Shown here: positions 1-11,839 of the stretch, in pieces
Numbering within the stretch: position 1 is the first letter of the stretch
Layout of the letters: each line of letters begins with the position of its first letter
NCBI RefSeq assembly: GCF_039654945.1
Contig: NW_027361773.1
Location: 11,036,001 to 11,100,000 of the forward strand
Length of the DNA stretch: 64,000 bases
Direction: 5' to 3'
From: Dendrobates tinctorius
Taxonomy: Eukaryota
The notes under the pieces: generated by a model
Database searches by the model: none
What the model saw: the letters and a program-made list of their open reading frames with translations, nothing else
Told to the model about the DNA's origin: nothing
Made by a program: the position numbers and the translations under genes

Positions 1-3000
1 CCCTAAGCGAGGGAAATCTGGGGCAAGAAGAGAGATGCCCCCCTGAATATTGTTTTATTGGGTCTAGTCGCATTTTCTTACATTTGGACTCAGTAGTTTT
101 TTGGTTTAACTTTACAATGTCTTGGATCACTTTAGTTTGCCTTGATTGGCACCTGCCTAGGTGTTGACGCTTTCATTTAACTGCTATACAAGCTAATGTG
201 TGCTACTCGTGTGTTGGGGATGTGATTCCCTGATCTGTCATGGGGGGTACGTTGGTCCCCCTGCTCCTGCCACAGGCAGGTAGTTGGTTATTGTTATCTA
301 TTGGTTACTGTTACTGTTATTTCACCTTGCATTTTGTATTTTTTGTGGTCTGTCGGCATGTGACACTTTATTATTTATTTTTTCTTTTGTTACATCTAAT
401 TTACTATGGGTGACAAGGAAAAATTTGCCACTATAGTAGTGGCTTCGTATAATGTAAAGGGGTTACGCTCCCCGTGTAAGAGAAATCAGATATTGAACCT
501 TTTGCATACAAAAAAGGCTAGTGTGATCTTTCTACAGGAGACACATTTTAAAGCGGGGAGAGTACCAGACATGTCCAGATCTCGTTACCTGACCTGGTAT
601 CATAGTACAGGTGGGTCGGCATGTAGAGGAGTGAGTATTGCTATTAAAAAAGGCGTTCCTTTTGTCTTGCATGATTGCCTTTCAGATTCTGAAGGAAGGT
701 ATATTATACTGAAGGGCCTTATTGCTAACACCAAAGTTACCTTATGTAACCTATATGCCCCAAACAAGGGTCAGATTGGATGGTTGTGCAGGACGATGGA
801 TACTTTAAAACTATTTACTGAAGGTTTACTACTGATGGGGGGAGATTTTAATCTACCACTCAATCCATCTTTAGATACTTCCACGGGCAAGTCTGCCCTT
901 TCCCAAAAGGCACTGAGAAAATTACACCTTTCTTTCCAGGAGTTGCATTTGATAGACCCCTGGAGGACACTCTCTCCTTCGGACAGAGACTACACTTTTT
1001 ATTCCCATCCGTGTGGCAGCTACCATAGAATTGATTATATATTGACACAGACAACCAACCTCTCATTAGTCAAAAATGCGACCATAGACGCTATCACACT
1101 ATCGGACCATGCTCCTATTTTCCTCGATATGGGCTTAAAAACCCTTCCGCGACCAGCTGGGTCTTGGTCGCTTAATGAGACATTATTAGATTCAGATTCC
1201 CACATTACGAGACTGACTGACACTCTGGAATTCTTTTTCCAGACAAATCTGCACTCTGGCCCATCCACACCTGTGGTGTGGGAATCACATAAAGCGGTTA
1301 TGAGGGGAGAATTTATAGCTTTGAGTTCCTATCTCAAAAAAGAAAGGACAAAACAGGTTATGTCTATTTTGCACCAAACTAATTCTTTGGAAAGATTGCA
1401 TAAGAGATCTCAAGTAACTAAGACACTAACTGAACTAACGGACCTAAGAAATTCGCTAAAAAATCTTTTAAATATCCAATCGGCCAAAACCTATATGAGA
1501 TGTAAACAGAGGTTTTATCTCCATGGCAATAAAAGTAGCAAGCTTATGTCTTCATTGCTTAAAAAGCAGCAAGAAAGGACGTTTGTTAGGCAACTCAAGA
1601 CTCTGGATGGCTCCTCAATTTTCGAGACTGCTGATATTGCCGAGGAGTTTAGATCCTTTTATGACAGCTTATATAATCTAAATATACCAGATAGCATGCG
1701 AGACCCAATAACAGCTATAGAAAAAATTAGAGAGTTCCTGACTCCACTAGTTTTACCTAAAATAACCCCGGAGGGCCAAACTTTGTTAACCGCTCCAGTT
1801 ACCCCTAAAGAAATTTTGGATACTCTTTCCACCATTCCAAATGGAAAGGCCCCGGGCCCGGATGGTCTCCCTATTATATATTATAAAAAGTTTATAAAAT
1901 CACTCTTACCTCAATTGGTGACCTTGTTTAACTCATATTTGAAAGGCCAGCTTCCCCCTAAGCAATCATTAGAGGCATATATTACGGTTCTCCCGAAGGA
2001 GGGTAAGGACCCAAACTTGTGCGCCAGCTATAGACCAATTTCATTACTTAATGCGGACATAAAACTGTGGGCTAAAATACTAGCGGGCAGAATAGGTAAT
2101 TTTTTACCCAAATTGATTCATGCGGATCAGGCGGGCTTTGTGAGGGGTAGGGAAAGATAACTCCACTAAGGTCATACAGTCTATAATGTTTGCTAAAACC
2201 CGGCAGGTCCCCTTGGTACTCTTGTCAACTGATGCCGAGAAGGCTTTTGACAGAGTGTGTTGGAGATTCATGGAGCAGGTGTTGATTAAGTTCGGCTTTC
2301 CTCCTCAATATATAACAGCAGTCCTTTCTCTCTACTCCCAACCGACGGCCAGGGTCAGGATAAATGGCACCTTATCAAAAAGTTTGGAGATTCACAACGG
2401 GACTAGGCAGGGATGCCCTCTGTCCCCATCTTTGTTCATTTTGGTTATAGAAACTTTGATACAACGCATCAGACAAGAACAACACATAAAGGGGTTGACG
2501 GTGGGCCCGGGGACATTTAAAACGCTAGCTTTCGCAGATGATTTGCTTTTCCTCATATCCAATCCACCTCAGGCATTCCCGATCATCCTCCAAATTTTTC
2601 AACAATTTGGCTCCCTCTCCAATTTTAAAATTAACCTAGCCAAATCTGAAGCGTTAAATATCACTCTCCCTCATTCCCAACTTTCCATTCTTCATACGCA
2701 GACTCCCTTCTCTTGGGCTAATGGCTCTATCAAATACTTCATAACTAGGGACCCTACTAACTTATTTAAAAGTAATTTCATACCCTTATTGAAGAAAGTT
2801 ACTAACCTGATGCATAAATATAACCTACCTACTTTATCTTGGTTGGGTCGCATAAACGTGTTTAAGGCATATATTATGCCTATCATTTTGTATGCCATGA
2901 ATATGGTACCGATTCAGATACCCCTGACCTTTTTTGGGTCATTAAAGTCACTGATAGGAAAATTCATCTGGAAATCTAAACCGGCTAGGTTGCCTTATAG

Positions 3001-4578
3001 GCTTCTTACTTACCCAGTCGCCTCTGGTGGATTGGGAGTTCCAGACCCCCTGGTATATTATAAAGCAATTCACCTTGGCAGATGGTTAAAGGTAGTGTCT
3101 TGCACTGAAGGAGGGGAGGGAGCTTGTGTTGACCTGACTTTGTTGGGTCCGAGGGGCTTGCCTTATCTATGGACTAGGGCTAAACCACCGGCTACCCTTA
3201 GACTGGATGAGATAACATCTACTACATTACGTACCAGGAGATTGATGTTGGAGGAATTACCGGAGGACACTTTCCCTTCGACATTTACGCCGATTAGCTC
3301 AATACCGTTTTTATTGGATTCTGATTTTCAGGATCCCTATAATCTGTGGTTTACCCTCCCTAGAGATACATTGAATAGCTTTTACGGTAATAAAATATTA
3401 CAGGGAGGAGTTTGGCCATCAATGCAACGAGTCAACCAACTAATTTTCTCCAGTGCCAGCACATTCGACGTACGCTCCTACAGTTTAGGAAGAAATTCCC
3501 GATCAAATCGAACTGGTCCTGGTTAGATATTATGATCAAACTCCCGCTTCCACGGCTAAAAATCTTGTCCCGTATTTACTCACATCTGATCTCTCCAGGA
3601 GTACATTTTAAGCCCTCATTTATTTACTCCTGGGAAATGGAACTTAATATTACGTTCACAGAGGAACAAGTATCTAGGATGCTATCTAGTGCACAGGGAT
3701 TCTCCAGGTGTGTTCTTTTGCAAGAAAACTCTTATAAAATTTTGACCAGGTGGCATTGGACTCCCGCGAAGCTCTTTCAGAGGGGTCTTGCTGATAATGA
3801 TGCTTGTTGGAGATGCCTCAACCCTGGAGGGCATCATACACACATATTCTGGGATTGTCCCAAATTGAGACATTTTTGGGATGGTGTCGAGCTAGTTCTC
3901 AAGAATTTACAGCTAATAAAGACCAATCTCAGGGCCACGGAGGTTCTTCTTTCGTGCCATCAAAGGATTTTTTACCAAAAAAACATGGCCTACTCCCATT
4001 GATGCTAGGTGCTGCAAAACAACTGATAGCTGTTCATTGGAAAGATGTCGCTCCCCCCACATTGGAGGAGTGGCGTGATAAGATAAATCAGATTTCTCGT
4101 CTGGAGGAGCTGTCTAGCTGGGAGGTCTTTAGTCACAAATCTTATGTGTTGACTTGGGCCCCGTGGACTAGATATTTGAGGGATAATCCTCGAGGAGAGG
4201 GATCAGATACTATTTGAACCTCACTTAGACTTGATGGCCTTGATTTTTGGGGTAGCTGGTTCCAAGGTTACGTATAAAACTGTTCACCTGCTCTAAATTT
4301 ATAATACATTCACTTATTGCTAGTGTCGATGCCGACGACTACTTTGTTTTGATGTTATTGTTATTGTTTGCTATTATATATCCCTCTTTTCCCTTCCCTT
4401 CTTCTTTTTCCTTTTTCCCGCCCACTTTTCCCTCCCCCCCTTGTTTTTTCCCCCCTTTATTATTTTCTAACACCTTGGACGGACGCCTAAGCAATCTTTA
4501 ACCATATGTATTTGTAAAGTGATGTTCTGTCTTATGGTGTGGTTGAAACTTGAAAATAAAGAATTAAAAAAAAAAAAA
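1..4578 (+). mobile_element. L1-clade LINE, 3' part (spacer, ORF2, 3' UTR, polyA)
   Basis: ORF2 in four frameshifted pieces; AATAAA at 4555-4560 followed by A13 at 4566-4578. Confidence 0.95.
406..4217 (+). pseudogene. L1 ORF2 (APE endonuclease, reverse transcriptase, CCHC), frameshifted
   Basis: Motifs SYNVKGL, LQETH, GGDFN, SDH; APGPDG, YRPISLLN, RQGCPLSP, FADD; CWRC...H...C. Frameshifts near 2155, 3415 and 3950. Confidence 0.93.
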
Positions 4579-5530
4579 GATAATTTATATCAGTTCTTCA
4601 ATACAAAAAGTGAAACTCATAGTATATATGAGATATTGACTTTTGGGTTTTCATTGGCTGTAAGCCATAATCATCATCATTAACAGAAATAAACAATTGA
4701 AATAGATCACTCTGTTTGTAATGACTATAGAATATATGAGTTTCACTTTTTGCATTGAAGAACTGAAATAAATTTACGTTTTGATCATATTCTAATTTTG
4801 TGAGATGCACCTGTATTATATAGAATCATAAAAACAGAGTGATCTATTTCAAGTGTTTATTTCTGTTAATGTTGATGATTGTGGCTTACAGCCAGTGAAA
4901 ACCCGAAAGTCATTATCTCAGTCAATTAGAATACTTTATAACACCAGCTTGAAAAATGATTGTAAAATCTGAAATGTTGGCCTACTGAAATGTATGTTCA
5001 GTAAATGCACTCAATATTTGGTAGGGGCTCCTTTTGCATCAATTACTGCATCATTGCGGCGTGGCATGGAGGCGATCAGCCTGTGGCACTGCTGAGGTGT
5101 TATGGAAGACCAGGTTGCTTTGATAGCAGCCTTCAGCCCGTCTGCATTGTTGGGTCTGGTGTCGCTCATCTTCCTCTTGACAATACCCCATAGATTCTCT
5201 GTGGGGTTAAGGTCAGGTGAGTTTGCTGGTTAATCAAGCACAGTGATAATGTTGTTTGTAAACCAGGTATTGATACTTTTGTCAGTGTGGACAGGTGCCA
5301 AGTCCTGCTGGAGAATTAAATTTCCATCTTCAAAAAGCTTGTCGGCAGAGGGAAGCATGAAGTGCTCTAAAATTTCCTGGTAGACGTCTGCGCTGACTTT
5401 GGTCTTGATAAAACAGTGGACTACAGAAGCAGATGACATGGCTCCCCAAACCATCAGATTGTGGAGACTTCACACTAGACCTCAAGCAGCTTGCATTGTG
5501 TGCCTCTCCAGTCTTCCTCCAGATGACAAT
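4579..5530 (-). mobile_element. Rearranged Tc1 remnants (TIR pieces plus transposase C-terminus), same family as 28483-30324
   Basis: TIR sequence shared with 28483; ORF 5230..5454 contains QQDLAPVH; GAPTKY-stop near 5013. Confidence 0.85.
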
Positions 5531-5557
5531 CTTGAAATGAATGTCTATGGGCTAGAT

Positions 5558-7062
5558 TAGTGATGGCGAACCTATGGCACGCATGCCACAGGGGGCACAC
5601 AAAGCCCTTTCTGTGGGCACGCATGCCAGTACAGCGGGCGCACACACTCCACTCCCTTCTGGAGTTCAAATATATTTGCGTCTTTTAGACACTAATACAT
5701 TTAAACCAGGGGTGCGGAACCATCGGCTTATCATGTGGCTCGCGGGCAGGTCCCTGGAGTCAACTATGCTCGGGTGGCAGCCATATCCTGCCAGCTGCCG
5801 GCCCTTTAACCCTCAAGTGCACAGTTTGCAGCGTTCGTTACAGAACGCTGCCTGATCATGAATGATGACTTCATCAGGGTGGGCGGGTTTAGCAGCCAAT
5901 GCCCTGCCGTCCTGTTCCGGAAGAGGAGCTGCTGCCAGAGTCTAGAGCGATCTCTGTGCCTGTGTGCTGGCGGTTTCTGTGCCCGCAGCTGTGACTTTCT
6001 GCAGGTAATCTGTGCCCCTCAGCTATGTGCCCCCTATGATCTCTGTGCCCCCCAACTATATGCCCCCTATGATCTGTGCCCACTGTGATCTCTCTGCCCC
6101 TCAGCTATATGCCCCCTGTGATCTCTGTGGCTCCAGCTATGTGCCATCTTGTGATCTTTTTCCCCTGTGATCTCTCTGCCCCCCACAGCTACTGTATATG
6201 CCCCCCTATGATCTCTGTTCCCCTTTTGATCTCTGCCCCCAGCTATATGCCCCCCGAGATCTGTACCACCCGTGTGCACCCGTGATCTGTGCCCCCAGCT
6301 GTGTGCACCCGTGATCTCTGTGCCCCCAGCTATATGCCCCAATATGATCTCCTTGCCCAACTGTATGCCCTCCTGTGATCTCTGTGCTCCGTGATCTCTC
6401 TGCCCCACCAGCTATATGCCCCCTAGCTATGTGACCACATGTGATCTCTGTGGCCCCAGCTATGTCCCCCTGTGATTTGTGCCCCCTGTGATCTCTCTAC
6501 CCCCCCAGCTATATGCCCCACTGATTTCTATGCCCTCCAGCTATATGCCTCCCTGTGATCTCTGTGCCCCCCCAGCTGTGTGCACCCCTGTGATCTGTCT
6601 CCCAACTTTGTGCCCCCTTGTGATGTATGTGCTTCCCATGACCTGTGTGCCCCCTGCTATGTACCCCCTGTGATCTCTGTGCCCCGTGTTCTCTTTCCCC
6701 TCCAGCTATGTGCCCCCTGTGACCTTAGTGCCACCCCCCGGTGATCTATGTGCCTCCCTGTCGATGCTGGCTGCCCCAGGTCCAACGTACAACATTGCTG
6801 CCAGGGCCGAAGAAGAGTAAAGATAGTGTGGGCGTGCACTGGTAAGAGCTCCAGCAGGAGCTGGACATTAAATGTATTAAGTTTAGTTTTGGGAGAGGTG
6901 GTGTGAGTATATATTTTGAAGAGAGGGTGTGTGTGTAAGAGGGAGTATTTTGCAGGTCTTCTGTGATGTGATGTTAAATTGCCATATTAGCACTTTCTAA
7001 TAAATAAGTGGGTTTTGGATTTCCGTTTTGGCACTCGGTCTCTAAAAGGCTCACCATCACTG
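5558..7062. mobile_element. Non-autonomous hAT element carrying a minisatellite
   Basis: TIRs tagtgatggcgaacct / aggctcaccatcactg; 8-bp TSD ggctagat / ggctaaat. Confidence 0.8.
6005..6760. repeat. Degenerate minisatellite, ~30-bp unit (ctgtgatctctgtgcccccagctatgtgccc)
   Basis: Repeated tgatctctgtgccc and cagctatgtgcc motifs. Confidence 0.9.
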
Positions 7063-7725
7063 GGCTAAATCTAATAATTTCTTAGCTTCTAGTCGAGCTG
7101 TTAATAATTTGCGGAGTACTGCCGGGGCAAGAGTCTGTTTATTAGCGAGTTCTAGAGTCTTCAGCCTGCGAATGGCTAGGGTGATCTTTTGTGCTCTATC
7201 ATGTTTCATTCGAGAGATAAACACATCATAGTAATCACATTTAATAAAGCAACATACTACTTGGCATCAAATATGAATTTGTAAATATGGCAACATTGTG
7301 CCATATTTAGTGTTCAAAATGTACAGATTTACTAATCTTGTCCAATCTTAGACTAGACAGTAGTAACACCTACTTGCCCCATGATGTAAATATCCATCAT
7401 GGAAAGGGCTCAGGAGGAGAGCATGCTACACAGACAGTAGGTGTTGGCTGCGTCATGCAACCAACATCTGCGTATAACAGGAGCAATCAGCGCTAGCTCC
7501 AATTACTGCTGTTTAACCATTTAAATACTGCTGTTATTCTCTCAGGATATACTCACTCAGTGTCTTTTTCAGGCGGCCAAAAAAAGTCAATTTATAAAGC
7601 GGAAAACTTTTTTTTTCCTTAGCATTTTTGGTAGTTTCCTGAGCACTTGTGATTTTTTAATGTTTTTTTAAAGAGTCTTATTCCAGTTGTTTATTAATAT
7701 TAAAATATTGAAGAAAATATTATTA

Positions 7726-8105
7726 ACGTATATACTTGAGTATAAGCAGACCCAAGTATAAGCCGAAGCACCAAATTTTGCCACGGAAAAATGTGTAAGC
7801 TTATTGACTCGATTATAAGCCAGGTATGCATTGTCCCCTCATCTTTGTCCTGGTGTGCGTGGCTCCCCCTGTCCTGTTGTGCGTGGCTCCCCCCGTCGCT
7901 GTCCTGGTACACATGCTTCATATTACAAAAAAATTCCTACTCACCCTTCTCCAGCGTGCCCTCGCAGCATCCCGTTGGTGCCGGCTTCCGGCAGCTCTTC
8001 CTGCGCTGAGCAGTCACAAGGCACCGCTCATTAAGGTAATGAATGTGCACTCCACCCCTTTGGGAGTGGAGACGCGTGCATATTCATATACACGAGTATA
8101 TACGG
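7726..8105. mobile_element. TA-flanked Tc1/pogo-type MITE
   Basis: TIRs (c)cgtatatacttgagtat / atacacgagtatatacgg flanked by TA. Confidence 0.7.
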
Positions 8106-8249
8106 TAATTATGTCACTATACTTGTCTGTATTTTTTGCCTGTCCCATTTTATCAAGTATTGGAGTTATAATATTTTTTCTTGTTACTTCACAGCCATTT
8201 TAGGTTGAATGTATTATTTTAATGCAATATTTAATCTGACAGTCACCTA

Positions 8250-9601
8250 CACTGGCTGTTTAGTAGACTATTCAGACCCCTTTAAATTTTTCACTCTGTT
8301 TCATTGCAGCCATTTGTTTGGTAAATTCAAAAAAGTTCATTTTTTTCTCATTAATGTACACTCTGCACCCCATCTTGACTGAAAAAATCCAGAAATGTAG
8401 AAACTTTTGCAAATTTATTGAAAAAGAAAAACTGAAATATCAGATGGTCATAAGTATTCAGACCCTTTGCTCAGACACTTATATTTAAGTCACATGCTGT
8501 CCATTTCCTTGTGATCCTCCTTTAGATGATTCTACGCCTTCATTGGAGTCCAGCTGGGTTTAATTAAATTTAAAGGACTTGATTTGTAAAGGCACACACC
8601 TGTCTATATAAGGCCTCACAGCTCACAGTGCCTGTCAGACCAAATGAGAATCATGAGGTCAAAGGAACTGGCCAAGGAGCTCAGAGACAGAATTATGGCA
8701 AGGCACAGATCTGGCCAAGGTTACAAAAGAATTTCTGCAGTACTCAAGGTTCCTAAGAGCACTCCATAATCCTTAAATCCTTAACACATGAAGGACTCTC
8801 AGACTATGAAAATAAGATTCTCTGGTCTGATGAGATGAAGATAGAACTTTATGGTGATAATTCTAAGCGGTATGTGTGGAGAAAACCAGGCATTGCTCAT
8901 CACCTGCCCAATCCCAACAGTGAAACATGGTTGTGGCAGCATCATGCCATGGGGGTGTTTTTCAGCTGCCGGGACAGGACGACTGGTTGCCATTGAAGGA
9001 AACATGAATGTGGCCAAGTAGAGAGATATCTTGGATGCAAACCTCTTCCAGACTGCTCTGGACCTCAGACTTGGCCAAAAGTTCACCTTCCAACAAGACA
9101 ATGACCCTAAGCACGCAGCTAAAATAATAAAGGTGTGGCTTCAGAACAACTCTATGAGCATTCTTGACTGGCCCAGCCAGAGCCCTGACATAAACCCAAT
9201 TGAGCATCTCTGGAGAGACCTGAAAATGGCTGTCCACCAACGTTCCCCATCCAACCTGACAGAGCTGGAGAGGATGTGCAAGGAAGAATGGCAGAGGATC
9301 CCAAAATCCAGGTGTGAAAAACTTGTTGCATCATTCCCAAGAACACTCATGGCTGTACTAGCGCAAAAGGGTGCTTCTACTCAACACTAAGCAAAGGGTC
9401 TGAATACTTAAGCCCATGTGATATTTCAGTTTTTCACTTTTAATAAATTTGCAAAAATTTCTACATTTCTGCTTTTTCAGTCAAGATGGAGTGCAGAGTG
9501 TACATTAATAAGAAAAAAAAAGAACTTTTTTGAATTTACCAAATGGCTGCAATGAAATAGTGAAAAATTTAAAGGGGTCTGAATACTTTCCGTACCCACT
9601 G
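8250..9601 (+). mobile_element. Tc1 DD34E transposon, internally deleted
   Basis: TA-flanked long TIRs; MRSKELAKELRDRI from 8653; QDNDPKH...SPDINPIE with 34-residue spacing. Confidence 0.92.
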
Positions 9602-9921
9602 TATGTTTGTTTATTTGGTTAATAATAATTGCCTTGATATATGGTAGAAACATTTTTGTGCCTTTTCATGTTTTTCATGCTTTTGATTAAATCTTTCTGT
9701 ATTTTGACTCCTGGCCATTATAATTTGGATCTTATGTGCACTTCACTGTATGCATTGCATTTATTCTATTACCATCATGTGTGTTCCTCTCTTCTCTCCA
9801 GCCACAGGCTCCAACTTATGGGCGTTGACTTTGTTCTAACCTATTGTAATTGTCCTTTTTTTTTTTTTTTTACACAATGTATTGTTGGATTGTTGCTACT
9901 CTTATGGCTCAGTTAGCCTAT

Positions 9922-10319
9922 AGGGCCTGTCACACTAAGCGATATCGCTAGCAATACCGCTATAACTTGTGACGTTATAGCGATATTGCTAGCGATATCG
10001 CTGTGTGTGATACTTACCTCCGACCGGCTCCCCCGCTGGTTATCGCTGATCGCGCGAGAACGTCCTGGACCGTTTCTCGTCGTCAGCTTCCTGCTGGGGC
10101 TTCCTGTGGTGCCGACGAGCGACGCGTGGATGCGGGTGGGAGGACGTCAGGATCGCCTAGTGTGACAGGTAAGTAGCGACCCCCGACCCCAGCGATGTCA
10201 CTGGTAAGATCTGCCTGTGTGGCAGCTCACTATCGACCACTTAGCGATGTACTAGCGATCCTGACCGCGTCATATCGCTGGTCGGGATCGCTGGTACATC
10301 GCCAAGTGTGACAGTACCT
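9922..10319. mobile_element. Palindromic PIF/Harbinger-type MITE
   Basis: TIR ctgtcacac / gtgtgacag; TWA-like flanks; same family as 39320-39703 in the opposite orientation. Confidence 0.75.
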
Positions 10320-10783
10320 TAAGACTAAGGGTGTGTATATACCTGAAACCCGTCCCGCACGAGGCCTCGCCTTTTAAGGTTTTAAATACGTTCCAATAAA
10401 GAATCCATTTCATCCCTGGACGGTTGTGCCAGTGGAAATGGCATCCTCAGGAGGAACTCAGACAAATTTCCAGGTACACATTCTCAGCGTGAATCTCTTA
10501 ACAAAAAAAAAAAAAAAAATCACATCTGTAAATTCAACTTAATTCCGATTTTTAATCAAATTAAGAACTAAAAATATAAAGCATGTGCGTGACAATGATA
10601 GATTATTTCAATTGATAAAAACATTTAAATTTTGTTATTAAAATATTAAACATCCACATAATTTTTCCTATATGATGTAAGTTGATAGCATAACTGAAGA
10701 AACTAATCCATGGAGACAAATGTTAAAAAGCATATAGCAGCTGGCTGATCTTCGCCATGTCCTTTGCCAGCAAAGCTATATAT

Positions 10784-10954
10784 TTAAAAAGCTTGCAGTA
10801 GGGCTGCAAAATGCCCTGACAGAGAAATCTGCTCCAGTTTAACATCTATGTTTTCCAAAACCTCGGGAGAGATCATCAGTTGTGTTATTGGACCGACTCT
10901 TTGCAGTGCACAGGCGTGGCAGATGTATCCTCCATTATCTTCACTTTTGTCACT
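10784..10954 (-). CDS. FBH1: FBH1 last coding exon (SDKSEDNGGYICHAC...LLQAF-stop), 171 nt
   Basis: Polypyrimidine tract plus cag acceptor; GGYICHAC and RVGP match the FBH1 C-terminus; TAA stop. Confidence 0.93.
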   Translation of the reverse strand, partial: SDKSEDNGGYICHACALQRVGPITQLMISPEVLENIDVKLEQISLSGHFAALLQAF

Positions 10955-11839
10955 CTGCACAGAAAAAAAGGCTTTATGTATGAAATCAAACGTAAAGGTG
11001 GATATGTGTTCATCATCAATTATATTCATATCATCCCCCCCCCCCCCACCAACAAAAAAAAAAAATAGTGCTACATAACCTACACGTTGTAAATACACCG
11101 TAAACCTTATATATTTATTTCTTGGTGTATTTTTCCTTCTTCCAAGGCCGGGGCTACATGGTGACATGATTTTGGCCAAGACACGATGCGCTGCCAATGA
11201 TCACTATATTAATAGCAATAGATTCAATAGATACATCATAACACAAAGACACCCAAACCATATTATGGGCCAAAAATGGGAAATTGGTTTTTAAAGCCAA
11301 TCCGAACAAACAATGTGGAGCGATAAGACAAAAAGGTGTTTTATGGCAAAAAAGTTGAACGCTTTATTAGAAAAAAAATGGAATGGAAACATATAGGTAA
11401 AAAGGACGACAACCAAACACCTCTTCCTGAGTGACATAAGTACAAGACATCACATAATATGAATAATATACATATCAAATGAACAATAGTAAAGGTATTT
11501 ATGCATGAAAGGTGCAGGGTCAAGGGGAAGCAAAAGTACTAAGAGAATCCTTATGTGACACACAATTGAATGATATCATTATATGATATCTCAAAAAAGG
11601 GGTGACAGATTCCCTTCAAGTTCCCAAGATTGATTAACTGTAACATGACACTCCACTGTTCTTACCTTTACTGTCTTACATTTCCCCATGCAGAAGTGGA
11701 GAAACGGTATCATGAAGTACACACTTTGTATCACTTACCCCCTACATCATGACTCACCATACTTAGAATCATAAAATCGTAGAGTTGGAAGGGACCTCCT
11801 GGGCCATCTGGTCCAACCCCCTGCTCAAAGCAGGATTCG

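Noticed and set aside
5858-6839. ORF cluster and regular repeats suggesting a CRISPR-like array or repetitive protein
   Set aside because: Degenerate minisatellite without unique spacers, inside a hAT element in eukaryotic DNA.
10010-10022. ATACTTACCT resembling the 5' end of U1 snRNA
   Set aside because: No U1 body follows; it is the reverse complement of a splice-donor consensus inside a MITE.
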